DNA of 64,000 bases. Source: Phoronis australis. Its lineage: Eukaryota; Animalia; Phoronida. The position numbers and the translations under genes are program-made. Below, piece by piece: positions 28,501 through 39,074 of this stretch; positions within the stretch are counted from its first letter, which is position 1; each line of letters starts with the position of its first letter. The notes under the pieces are model-generated. The model made no database searches. It was not told the DNA's origin and was given only the letters and a program-made list of their open reading frames with translations. Location: positions 247,115-311,114 of the forward strand of contig NMRA01000135.1 of assembly GCA_002633005.1 (NCBI GenBank), written 5' to 3'.

Positions 28501-31149
28501 ACTATAACTATTTGACCATGCTTGAAATACAAAATCAATCATTAGACAGATGTGAATTGGCCTACATATCCCGCTGCGATTTCACTCACTGCAGAACCTT
28601 GATCAGTGCCCGACATTTATAACATTAAGCCTCGAAGTTGGTCGGAAGAAGAATAAGAAGAATAAGAATAAGAATAAAATTGAAGAAAACCCAGGAACAA
28701 CAGTACTCTGTGCTTGTACGCGTAGTGTAATTACCTCATGTTGCGACAACAAACCAAACGTGTTGGGACTACTGACAAAACAAAGTGGAACTTCTTGCGT
28801 TGCTCCACGACAACACATGAACCTTAAGGTCAACATAATTGTAAAAGTCGCTGGTGCAGTCGAAAGCTATTGCAGCCCCAGTTTCAATTATATTAGACTG
28901 TTTTTACCCAAAGAAACTGCCATGCGTCACGGTTGTTCGAACGGAAATTCCCACGATCACATCGCACCATATTCACAAGGCAGTCGTGGGTCGTAGCTGG
29001 GAGCAACACGACAGATTGCTGTAGCACTAAGCCGACTTTTAACATGTTAAACAGTTTTGACAAAGGTCGCCGATCTCATTTGTCGATGTAAGACAACTCA
29101 TCTTTGTAGTCATTCGACTGTCGTGCGAATTTCCAGTCAATGTCACAGATAGCGCTGTGTGACTGATGTGAAATAGACATAAAAGAATGCTTAGAAGATC
29201 GGAAACAAGACAAAGGTGTTTGAAAAGTTTACGTCACTCACATGTCAAAAACTATCAAGACACCACTGTTTTAACAAATCTCATGGTACCTTTGGGATAT
29301 ATTCACCGTCAGCAAACCTCCATTCTCCGCTTTTGTTTGGTGTTAAAGGCTCAGGCTGTGAACTTGTACCCTTCTGACGATAAAGCCTCTGGTCTCTGAA
29401 GTTACTGAAGTACACTGTTTCATTGTATACAAAGAAAGCTCCTCCGCCGTAGTCGTTCACTGTTGTCCTTGCGCTGTACTGCGATGGGGTCCATTCCGTT
29501 ATGTTCTCGTAGCCATCTGTTTTAGAGCAGACAACACAACGACCTTGTTCGTGTGGACGGCATTCTATCCAGTACACCGTGTCTAGGTCGAAGAATTAAC
29601 ATTGTTTTAGATAAAAGTCAAAACAAAAGCAAATCTATCTAAAAGTTTTACGAAAAGGAAGTCTATCTACATTGGACCACTAAAGTAAATTTCCTCTTTC
29701 ATTTGTATGGTGAATTTCCGAGAGACAGCTTTTTGTCTTGACCAAAAGTTGGCATAGGCCAACGACTTCGTCATAAAGATTATCACCGACTTCAATATAT
29801 TTATTTTCTGCATACTTACCATTTCTACTCTGTTTTACTTGTTACGGAACATAACTCTTTTCGTTCAAACATCAAAGACCTAAGTATTCGGTTAATTAGT
29901 GAACTGAAGCTTAATCAATCAGTGCTTGATACCTTGTTGCTAAAAAACTCTCAAATATCACGTGACTGTTGTGTTGCCCACAATGTCACGGTGTACTTGT
30001 TTTGAGCACAGCCACAGTACGTATCATGCGATCTAGCATCACATCCGGGTTCGATTCAATGGACGCGTGTTTGTCGGCGTGTACATTAGAACATATAAAG
30101 TTCATTTGCTGTTTGCGTGCTATTTCGTGACAACTGTGCAGATTTTGGTTTGGAATATTAAAATGGGATAGTCCTTAGGGTTGTAATTATGTTTGCAACA
30201 GCAATAACTTGAGATAGCAGTCAGACGTTTAGTCGCCATGTTTGTTCCAACTCCACAGCTAACCGCTAGGTGAACAAAAAACAACTGTCATAATATAACA
30301 AGGGTTCCGTGAAGAAATGGGGGTGAACTTATCAACTTTCCCCACACATACTCTTAATAATTAAAAAATTGAATGAACTGAAATTTTAAAAAGTAGTGAA
30401 AATAGTTAAAGTACGGTCGAGTGCAGTCCTATATTTTCAATGTACTGTAACCGACAAAAATCATCAAGCGGTTGACACACCCATACCTTTGTTTTCAATA
30501 TCCACTTCTAACATTGGGGCAATAGCGTGCAGATCACTAAGCAACAAATCGCTTGTAATTGGTGACACCCATGATCCGTACTCCGCAACGGTCTTCTCGT
30601 CTTCCGTGGCACCAGGTGTTTTAACTTCTAGAGAAAAATGGGATAAACGAAATGACGAACACGATACCACCACAAGTTACCTCTGGCTGCACTTGGTAAA
30701 ATCGCAGTGGTGTTGCTTTGGAAAAGCAAAAACAAATACGCTTGTGAATAAAGTGAGAATTTTTGAAACACCAGAACATTGTCACTTTAAAGGTGTTTGG
30801 TATTTCAAGCCTACCACAGGTGGACCTTGCACATGACCGAAGATTCAGTTCATTCACGAATTTGTGAAGATTCTGCTGTTTTTTTCATTATGGTATTACC
30901 GTGAATAAACTTTTGTATTTAGTTTCGTCAGATATAACAGAACGCGTAACCACTTCACTGCCATATGGTCATCAAGACTGTCTTACCACGGGTTGACAAG
31001 GCTACTGCTAACCCGACCATGCCCAATCCGATAATAACGGTCACCACGTACATAACAATCTCTATGTTCTTGGAGCATCGTAAATTTCTGTGTGGTTTCT
31101 GTCGGTTCGAATTGTTGTCTTCTGCAGTCTGAAAGAATTCCAATAACAT
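13567..31149 (-). CDS. S9 family (S9C-type, dipeptidyl aminopeptidase/acylaminoacyl peptidase-like) serine peptidase with N-terminal transmembrane anchor; 14 exons, about 721 aa
   Basis: GT-AG exons with consistent phases: 30987-31149, 30487-30627, 29290-29582, 28404-28520, 28095-28181, 24321-24398, 23711-23953, 20862-21026, 20162-20290, 18401-18597, 17680-17837, 16601-16791, 15612-15693, 13567-13688 (sum 2166 nt = 722 codons including stop). Motifs: [53 protein letters not shown], nucleophile GQSAGG, acid QGDADKVV, His GEAHGF. The extreme C-terminus is uncertain because a GTAAGT donor lies at 13573-13578. Confidence 0.92.
18930..19326. mobile_element. MITE with long terminal inverted repeats (same family as 26675-27108)
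   Basis: ttgcataaaacaagccccaaatagggattcgactaagttcc ... gggaacttagttgagtccctattagggactctttaatgcaac; internal sequence is collinear with 26675-27108. Confidence 0.75.
19695..19846. mobile_element. GC-rich MITE with CAnnGGCGGAT termini
   Basis: cactggcggatttagg ... gtggatctgcccctg; inverted relative of 21261-21570; flanks gttac/gtttc. Confidence 0.75.
21261..21570. mobile_element. GC-rich MITE with CAnnGGCGGAT termini, nested in an older repeat
   Basis: caggggcggatccagg ... cctaaatccgccgatg; flanks gtgct/gtact; the flanking repeat occurs uninterrupted at about 33690-33910. Confidence 0.8.
21897..22268. mobile_element. MITE with GGGCC termini (PIF/Harbinger-like); family also at 32764-33130, 35678-36150, 36978-37194, 42610-42980
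   Basis: All copies start gggcc..ggt..aatctt..tactcgaaat.gaactcgaaa and end with the imperfect reverse complement; rich in ctcgag/ttcgaa motifs. Confidence 0.7.
22190..23008. repeat. 409-bp direct duplication around a single N (22599); probable haplotype/contig-overlap artefact
   Basis: 22190-22598 and 22600-23008 are near-identical (I see two substitutions) and abut a 1-base gap. Confidence 0.85.
22984..23182. mobile_element. GC-rich MITE with CAnnGGCGGAT termini
   Basis: cagtggcggatctagg ... cctaaattcgcctatg; flanks cagta/ccgta. Confidence 0.65.
24820..26581. mobile_element. about 1.8-kb non-autonomous DNA transposon with TAGACTCTATTCACGC terminal inverted repeats
   Basis: ta|tagactctattcacgc at 24820 and gcgtgaatagagtcta ending 26581; the second haplotype copy of the right end (about 27607) is followed by TA; lies in peptidase intron 5. 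Confidence 0.65.
26675..27108. mobile_element. MITE with about 50-bp terminal inverted repeats
   Basis: gtgccgggttgcatgaaacagtcccaaacagggactcaactaaattccctaa ... ttagggaactaagttgagtccctatttgggactgtttcatgcaaccgggcac. Confidence 0.85.
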
Positions 31150-32535
31150 GTCAATTCCATGTGCGTAACTTCAGAAGGTCTCGGGATATGGCATACCCCA
31201 ATGATTCTTCATTTACATCGATCAGTCACGTGAACATAGAATGTGCTCAAGCAATCTCACTTTATTTTTACTGAATAAATATCTTATAATTTCCAGTTTT
31301 TATGACAATATGGGGTAAGGAAACTGCAGGCTTGCGTTTCTCTTAACAAAAGTTTATGTGAATCTATATGTTTTGACACTCTTTTTTAACAACGGTCAAC
31401 CAACTCACCCAAGATTAGCAATTACCAACACGGATCAGTAGTGGAGCGGAACGTTGGAATCTCGAAAATGCCTTCAGGTTTATGGCATTTGAATGTTCTA
31501 AGAAACAGAAAACAAATCTTCAAACTGGAGTATAAGTAACGCCAAACATGTGTGTTCGTGTGTTGTGTGAGTAGCACAATGTAGCCTTAGATGTGTACGT
31601 GGCCACTGGGTCCACGAAATAGCAACCTCTGAGCAGCCGTACCAAGGTTAACGGGCGTGCCCGTGACATGCTTACCCGCCCCACGCTCTCTTCCATTGTT
31701 GGATAGGTTATCTCACAAGACCTACGAAAGCGCATTATCTTCAATGACTCGGTGTTTTCAGCCCGTAGTTTTGGTTCACCTTTGTTTGCCCGTTCCTCAG
31801 TTCAGTGCCAGGGCAACACGACAACGCCAATAGATGTCCTATGCAAATTTGCGGAAAGAGCAAAACTCTTCTTTAACTTATCAATATCAATAACATCATG
31901 CATACACTTTCCTCTACTGGTATAAAGCTCGATCGACAGTTGCCCATGAGGTAAGCACACACACACAATCTTGTCTCAGGGTAATCTCACCCCTATTGTT
32001 GCATGACATTTGATGCCAACACAATATTCAATCGCGATGCGTTCAGTTTCCTTTGTCAAACCCGCACCAAGAACGCCAGTTTACTCTTATATTTATAAGT
32101 AACAACTCTCATGTACATGGTAAGCGTTTGATGAATAGAATGGATAGCGATGTAGTCAGATAGCAGTCAATTATGATACCACGTGACAAACAAGGCTTAG
32201 GCAAAGTATGATAGATCATGAGAATACGTTCGTTGGCCAGGTCATTTAGTCCGAGGGAATTTCATGGTAAGACCACTCAAAGTGAATACATCACCATAAG
32301 CACGTTTCACAGTACGTTTACCCTGTCTTTGCAACGAGCATTTCCACAACTGTGGCATTCATGACATATTATTTGGATAAGTGACTGATTAACTTTTCCA
32401 CATTGTGCTATTAAGAACAGAATGAAACGTAATCAGATTGTGATGTTACACGATACCGTGTTTATTTCGTTCATAGGGTAACGCCTACGTCTGAGCATCC
32501 TGTATTTTTATTTCTCACCTTGATTGAGGTAAATG

Positions 32536-32721
32536 TATTTTTCGAGTCATTTATATGGGAATTGCAATCCTGAAGTACTGCTAATTTGCACAGTAAAATT
32601 ATTTTTCGAGTCATTTATATGGGAATTGCAATCGTGAAGTACTGCTAATTTGCACAGAAAAAGTATTTTTCGAGTCATTTATATGGGAATTGCAATCATG
32701 AAGTACCGCTAATTTGCACAG
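32536..32721. repeat. 64-bp tandem repeat, about 3 copies
   Basis: Unit tatttttcgagtcatttatatgggaattgcaatc.tgaagtac.gctaatttgcacag starts at 32536, 32600, 32664. Confidence 0.95.
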
Positions 32722-34145
32722 TTTTGCCGTGTGTGCTTTCAAGAAATGTCACATCGACTAAAAGGGCCTGGGGTCGGATCTTCAATTGTACTCGAAATCG
32801 AACGCGAACTCAAGTTAATTTTTAGGCATTCTCGGTTCTACTTTTATGGAAATCAAGATATGTGTCTATTACTCTGTGCTTAAGTACATTATGATTTATG
32901 CATGCGAGTTTCTAGTCCAAGGTCGCACTTGATGACCCCTAGATTCGAGTAAATTCTCGATATTTCGAGCTCAGATTCGAACTTTTAACCTTAATGCTTG
33001 GGTCAACAAGTGCAAACTAGCCAATGTATACTCACACAGAATGAAAGATCGTGATTTATCTTGAGATAGCAAGAGTCGAAGATGATAAAAATAATTTCTA
33101 GTTCTAGTAAAAAGATTCGACCCCGTGCCTAGATCTCATGAAGTTGTTTTATGTGCTCGTCAGAGACCTTTAACAACTTGATAAAAAGCGGTGATCTCCT
33201 TTTTTCTAACTACGTGCAGTGCTGCTAAAGACAGATCATCTTGACGGTTCTTGAAGCGCCGCTTTCTCCTTAAACGATAACGTAAAGCAAGTTCAGAATT
33301 CAACGATCATCAACTTCCGTCGATAATGTAGTCTTTGTACTATGATACATGCGCGCACCCAAGGCTAAAAACTGGGGGCTCGAATTTTTCTCGAATGTGG
33401 ACCTTTTACTAAAAAACAAAAAAGGAACAAAAAAACGAGGCCAGGCGAGCTACGTTCTGAGCTGCGAATTGTGCGTCCGCCGAATTTTGGTGGTTCCTGT
33501 CTTTTTAGTGGGCTTTTGTCTCGTTTCTTGGGACTTTTTGTTTCTCTTAAGGTGGACTTCTTTGCCCACGTCACCAAATGGGGGCTTCGTTCGAGCCCCC
33601 GAGCCTCCCCCACNCAGATTGGTGAAAGCCCATTGCACTTCGCCCGTGTTTAGATGTCAACAATGAATTCTAAACCGGAAGTTCTTTATGGATTTAAAAA
33701 CATTACCACGCTCATCCGATCATGAATTATTGCTGGATGAGCCACAGGAAAAGTGTTCGTGTGCCATTTTGAAATCCGAAAGTTTAGGGTTGGTCAACAC
33801 CGATAAACTTTGACGTGTTTTGTTGAGTCGTTGATCGTTTCGATGTTCTTGTTGGTAATGGAAACAAAACCCTATCACGACAAGGAATATTATGATACCA
33901 ATATTATGAGAGCAAAAGAGCTAATTCGACTTCAGTTTTTAGGCAGCTAAACAGGAAGAAATGCGGCTTTGAATTAGTTGTTCATTTCTCATACGATTCC
34001 TCAGCGCGACTGAAACAAAAACGCGTTACACATATGAACGTAATAATAGGCAACGCAACGTCCTAGCAACGATTGCGTACACAATTCTACACAAAGCTGA
34101 AACAGAAAGTTTGTCGTGTTATTTCAACGTCTATTGTGAATAAAA

Positions 34146-34478
34146 TGGAAACTATTGGAACAATTCAAGTATCTTTACTTAATCCGAGTGAAGACATCTC
34201 AAGGTGTGCAGGAGACACTGCAAAGAAAACCACGGACAACGATGTATGCGTGTCACAAGAAATTGAAGATTTGGAAAACGAGTTGTTCTCTGAATTAGTG
34301 TCTCTGAAGGAAAAATATTTAAGAGAAAAACGCAACAGAAAGGCCGTGTGTAAGATTCTGCAAAAAGCGGAAGGGATAAACCGTGAAGTGAAATTGCAAC
34401 TACATGAATCACTAAAGTGCAACAGCAACTATATTGATGAGATAACTAAGTTAAGAAGCAAAATAACCGAGCTACAAG
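34146..34478 (+). CDS. possible coiled-coil-encoding exon of an unidentified gene or transposon
   Basis: Open from ATG 34146 with heptad-like E/K/L-rich sequence (EIEDLENELFSELVSLKEKYLRE...IDEITKLRSKITELQ), ending at a CAAG|GTAAC donor-like site; no downstream exon found. Confidence 0.3.
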
Positions 34479-35933
34479 GTAACAGAATTACGCCTGTGTG
34501 TGTGTGTGTGTGTGTGCGTGTGCGTGTGCGTGTGTGTGTGTGATCTTTTCAAGTTCACGAATATTTTTTCTCTTGATATCTTCTGTCTCGTAAGTATGGT
34601 GAAATCCATTGCCTTATATACCGGAAGGGTTCTCAAGTACTCGACCAAACAACGCTGTTCCGGCCACAGGCGTCCTCAGCTTTTGATCGACAAGGTATGA
34701 CACTGAATCCCGACCAGAAATTCCACGGGTGCTTCACTTCAGCCGTCCATATCAAACACAAAACTCAATAAATTTACACAAAACAAGGTTTCAACAAACC
34801 ATTAGCAATTGTTCTTTCTTCCAATACCATTCACGGTGTCCTGCTCCAGCGAGATCGCAAGAAATTTGCGGTCAAACACAAAAATGTCTGACTTAAAAAG
34901 GAAGTTTGTTAAGTGGGCTGGGTTTCCAGGTTATTTGAGTGATTACCCATAATGCCCCACCGGAAATAGTTGGTCTAAGTTTCCATGGAAGTAACTTGCG
35001 TTAAAATCCGTGTTATGAAGTGTCTAATTAAAATAAAGGGAGTGAGTATCTTGATAAGGACTGCTTAATTCAAACCAACTCAATATTTCACAACTTTCCT
35101 CAAACCAATGAATGTGATACGCTCAAAGGAGTTTTAAGCCCTCCTCTTGACGTTTCNTGTGAAAATTGGCAAAATTGAAAGAAAAATCAAAATTTTGAGT
35201 TAATTACACAAAATAAACATGGGTTTAGCTAAATTTTACGTCATACATTTAGTCTGTGGCCACCGGTAATTCAAAATGTGCAAAAATCCATGGTGTGTAC
35301 TGTTTAAGCCCTCCTCTTGACGTTTCAAACAAGACACATTTTTGACACTATTGAAGATGCTCAATAGACCAAATTAATAACGATGGACAAGTAATTGATC
35401 ATAAACTTTTATGTTCGTTTCTTCAATTTCTTGAAAACAATGGGTTTGAGTTCACGGAAAAGACTTACCGTTTCATTAGTTTACGAAGGGTCGCATCATT
35501 GACAAAGGGAACTCTTAGTGAACTTAATTATCTGCACCAAAGTGAAACTTTGTCGCTACCTGAATGTTGACTACTAGAGACAGGTGAGAGGTCGCTACGC
35601 GAACCTTACTGTGGTTCCAGGTCGTATACCCTACAAGACCGCTTTACCGACGATCAGGTCACAAACTTTTAAATTCCTGGGCCAGGTGTTTAGTCTGTGT
35701 ACTCGAAATTGAAATCCAAAATATTTTTTGTCATTTTCCGTTATCTTCAAATACGAACTCTGGATAATTATCTATTATTCTGAGCTTGAGTATATCATAG
35801 TGGTTGAGCCTATCACCAAAATCTCACGTCTGGTGTACCGCAAGTGACATCAGGCCACATGCACTGTTTTTTACACTATGGATTACGTAAACGACAGTGT
35901 AGGTCAAATTCACTTTTGATAACCCCTAGATTC

Positions 35934-37876
35934 GAACAATGAACTCGAGTAAAACTCGAGATTTCGAATTCAGGTTCGAAAATATAAATCTAACGCTGGG
36001 CAAATCGAGTGCAAATTAGGATTACACAGTTATCATACTCGAACACCGAATTAATAGAAACTTATCTTCAGTTAATACAAAAGTAGGACGCAAAATGTTA
36101 AAAATGTTTTCGAGCTCGATTTCAAGTGAAGAGATTACTCCTCGGGCCCTGACCACAAAGCATTTTCAAATTTTCTGGGCCTATCTGTATCGAGTTGCTA
36201 AACAGTTGATGCGTTCGACTTTTTTACAGGAACAATAGCGAATTACGTTCGTGTCAATAAACAAAAGGGTCCAGTCCCTTGTGGTTACATACGACCCCAG
36301 TTAATGCAGTACAGATACGAAGGTATTCACGGACACAACGACAGGTAATCTCTAAAAATTGTCAAACTGGTCTCTTGGTGATCGTTTGCTTCAGCAATTA
36401 TCGGAAATTTGACACTGAAGTTTCTTGTTTATTTCTGACGTTCTGCTACAAAGACATGTGCAAATACGCACGCCGTGTATATTGACCTTTTTACGAATAT
36501 ACGGAAACGTCGCATGCCCAATGAACTGCGCGAACTTGAGACACCAAAGTAGGGGAGATCACGCATGTATGGGCTTAAACCAGAGACTTTATCAATGGCA
36601 AGTCCGATACAACTTTTCATTGGCACCATGATGCCACAGCATGCACATTGTTCACTCGTTAATTTCTGAGAAAGAGGTCGGCTCCAACGTACATCAAACT
36701 CATCAGTTAATGGCTTACGGAAATATGCAAACCTCTTGAAATGTCCATGGATAAAGGACATCATTACCCATACATTTCCAGCTGCGAAGAAGAATCCGCA
36801 GCTGCATAGTGGTCACTGACTGCGACTGATAACAGTGGCGGATCTAGGATATCACTAGGGGGGGGGGCCCAACATTTTGTCCGGCTGGAAGCATTTGCGC
36901 AAACTGAACCACGATTGTAGATGCGCATAGCACCGAATGGGGGGAGGTCGGGAGGGGGGTTTGCCCCCCTCCCGCCNGAACAATGAACTCGAGTAAAATT
37001 CGAGATTTCGAATTCAGGTTCGAAAATATAAATCTAACGCTGGGCAAATCGAGTGCAAATTAGGATTACACAGTTATCATACTCGAACACCGAATTAATA
37101 GAAACTTATTTTCAGTTAATACAAAAGTAGGACGCAAAATGTTAAAAATGTTTTCGAGCTCGATTTCAAGTGAAGAGATTACTCTTCGGGCCCTGACCAT
37201 AAAGCATTTTCAAATTTTCTGGGCCTATCTGTATCGAGTTGCTAAACAGTTGATGTGTTCGACTTTTTTACAGGAACAATAGCGAATTACGTTCGTGTCA
37301 ATAAACAAAAGGGTCCAGTCCCTTGTGGTTACATGCGACCCCAGTTAATGCAGTACAGATACGAAGGTATTCACGGACACAACGACAGGTAATCTCTAAA
37401 AATTGTCAAACTGGTCTCTTGGTGATCGTTTGCTTCAACAATTATCGGAAATTTGACACTGAAGTTTCTTGTTTATTTCTGACGTTCTGCTACAAAGACA
37501 TGTGCAAATACGCACGCCGTGTATATTGACCTTTTTACGAATAGACGGAAACGTCGCATGCCCAATGAACTGCGCGAACTTGAGACACCAAAGTAGGGGA
37601 GATCACGCATGTAGTGGCTTAAACCAGAGACTTTATCAATGGCAAGTCCGATACAACTTTTCATTGGCACCATGATGCCACAGCATGCACATTGTTCACT
37701 CGTTAATTTCTGAGAAAGAGGTCGGCTCCAACGAACTTCAAACTCATCAGTTAATGGCTTACGGAAATATGCAAACCTCTTGAAATGTCCATGGATAAAG
37801 GACATCATGTCCCATACATTTCCAGCTGCGAAGAAGAATCCGCAGCTGCATAGTGGTCACTGACTGCGACTGATAA
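35934..37876. repeat. about 900-bp direct duplication around a single N (36977); probable two haplotypes
   Basis: 35934-36832 and 36978-37876 are near-identical with scattered substitutions; only the first is followed by a MITE start (36833-36976). Confidence 0.85.
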
Positions 37877-39074
37877 AGTGGGAAAATTTCGATCCCAGCT
37901 ACATACTTCAGCGAACTTAACCTAATCAAGCAATGGGAGGGGTTGTCGGTGGATTTGGGATTTATTCCTCTGCTTTTATATGTACAACTACGTAGTAGTG
38001 AATTTCTGTCCACACTGTCTGAGTACGGATCAAGCGGAAGTCGTTTTCTTGCTCTCATTGGCTAGTAAAACGTGTCAAAATGTCATCAACGTTGGCCGAC
38101 CCATCCAAGGTTTGACTCAATTAGCTATACTTATCTCATTGGTTTTTCTTGCAAGTATATTACAGTCAGTCTGTTCAATGAGCTAGCTCATTGGTCTGTT
38201 TCAGTGCTTCGTTATTTAGGTCATAAATAGGAGGGCGTGTCCTAGACAGGAATGGCATGGTACAAGTTACGTTTCAGAGCATGACAGGACTAAATGGCGT
38301 GCAAATTTAGACACTTTAAAACAGTAAGAGGAACTGGTAACCATCTTCTGACAGTCTGTATTACGCTCGTTTGTTTTTAGATCGGCATCACAAACACCAG
38401 TTATAACCACGAAATTCAGAAGACATTCGCACCAAGGAGGATATAAAGGAGAATCTTTGCCCTATCCTAAGCGACGGTTGGCATTTGGAGCCTCTGATGT
38501 CAAGCGCGTCAAGTACCAACCACATACAAAAGAAGAAGGGTCTTCTTCCGCTAACAACACAGATTGTACATTAGTGGGCGACGAATTGCATCTTGCGATG
38601 GAACGTTTATCATTGTCATCTACTTGTAGCGACGTTACTTCTGAAGGACATGTAAATACGTCGACCTCAAAGATTTAATTGTAGTGTCTTATAAAATACT
38701 TTGTAATTACACGCGTATCGTAATGTATCACATTAAATGATAGGTAAAAATGTAAAAACGTTTTTACTCTCATAAAATCCTACTCATAATATTCCTTATC
38801 GCGATAGGATTCTATTATCGTTACCGACTGGTTGTAAATGATGTCAGAGCCTACCCTGCGAATGATGGAAAAGTGCAATCCTGCAGGATACAACTCACTG
38901 ACGAAGCTGACGCTAACGAGGGAGGAGAAAAAACCAACTAGCGATGCTTTGCTTTTGATTTTAGGGTATAGTTGCTTAAACGAAACTGTTGAAAAGTGCC
39001 CCCGCTTCTCGACACATTTGGCTAGTGGCAAGTTTTCAAATGTAGCCTCTTCTACATGTATTAAAAAGTAACCT

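Noticed and set aside
31160-31740. Similar peptides FRRSRDMAYP (plus) and FRRSCEITYP (minus) on opposite strands
   Set aside because: Ten residues, weak nucleotide identity, no extension; likely chance.
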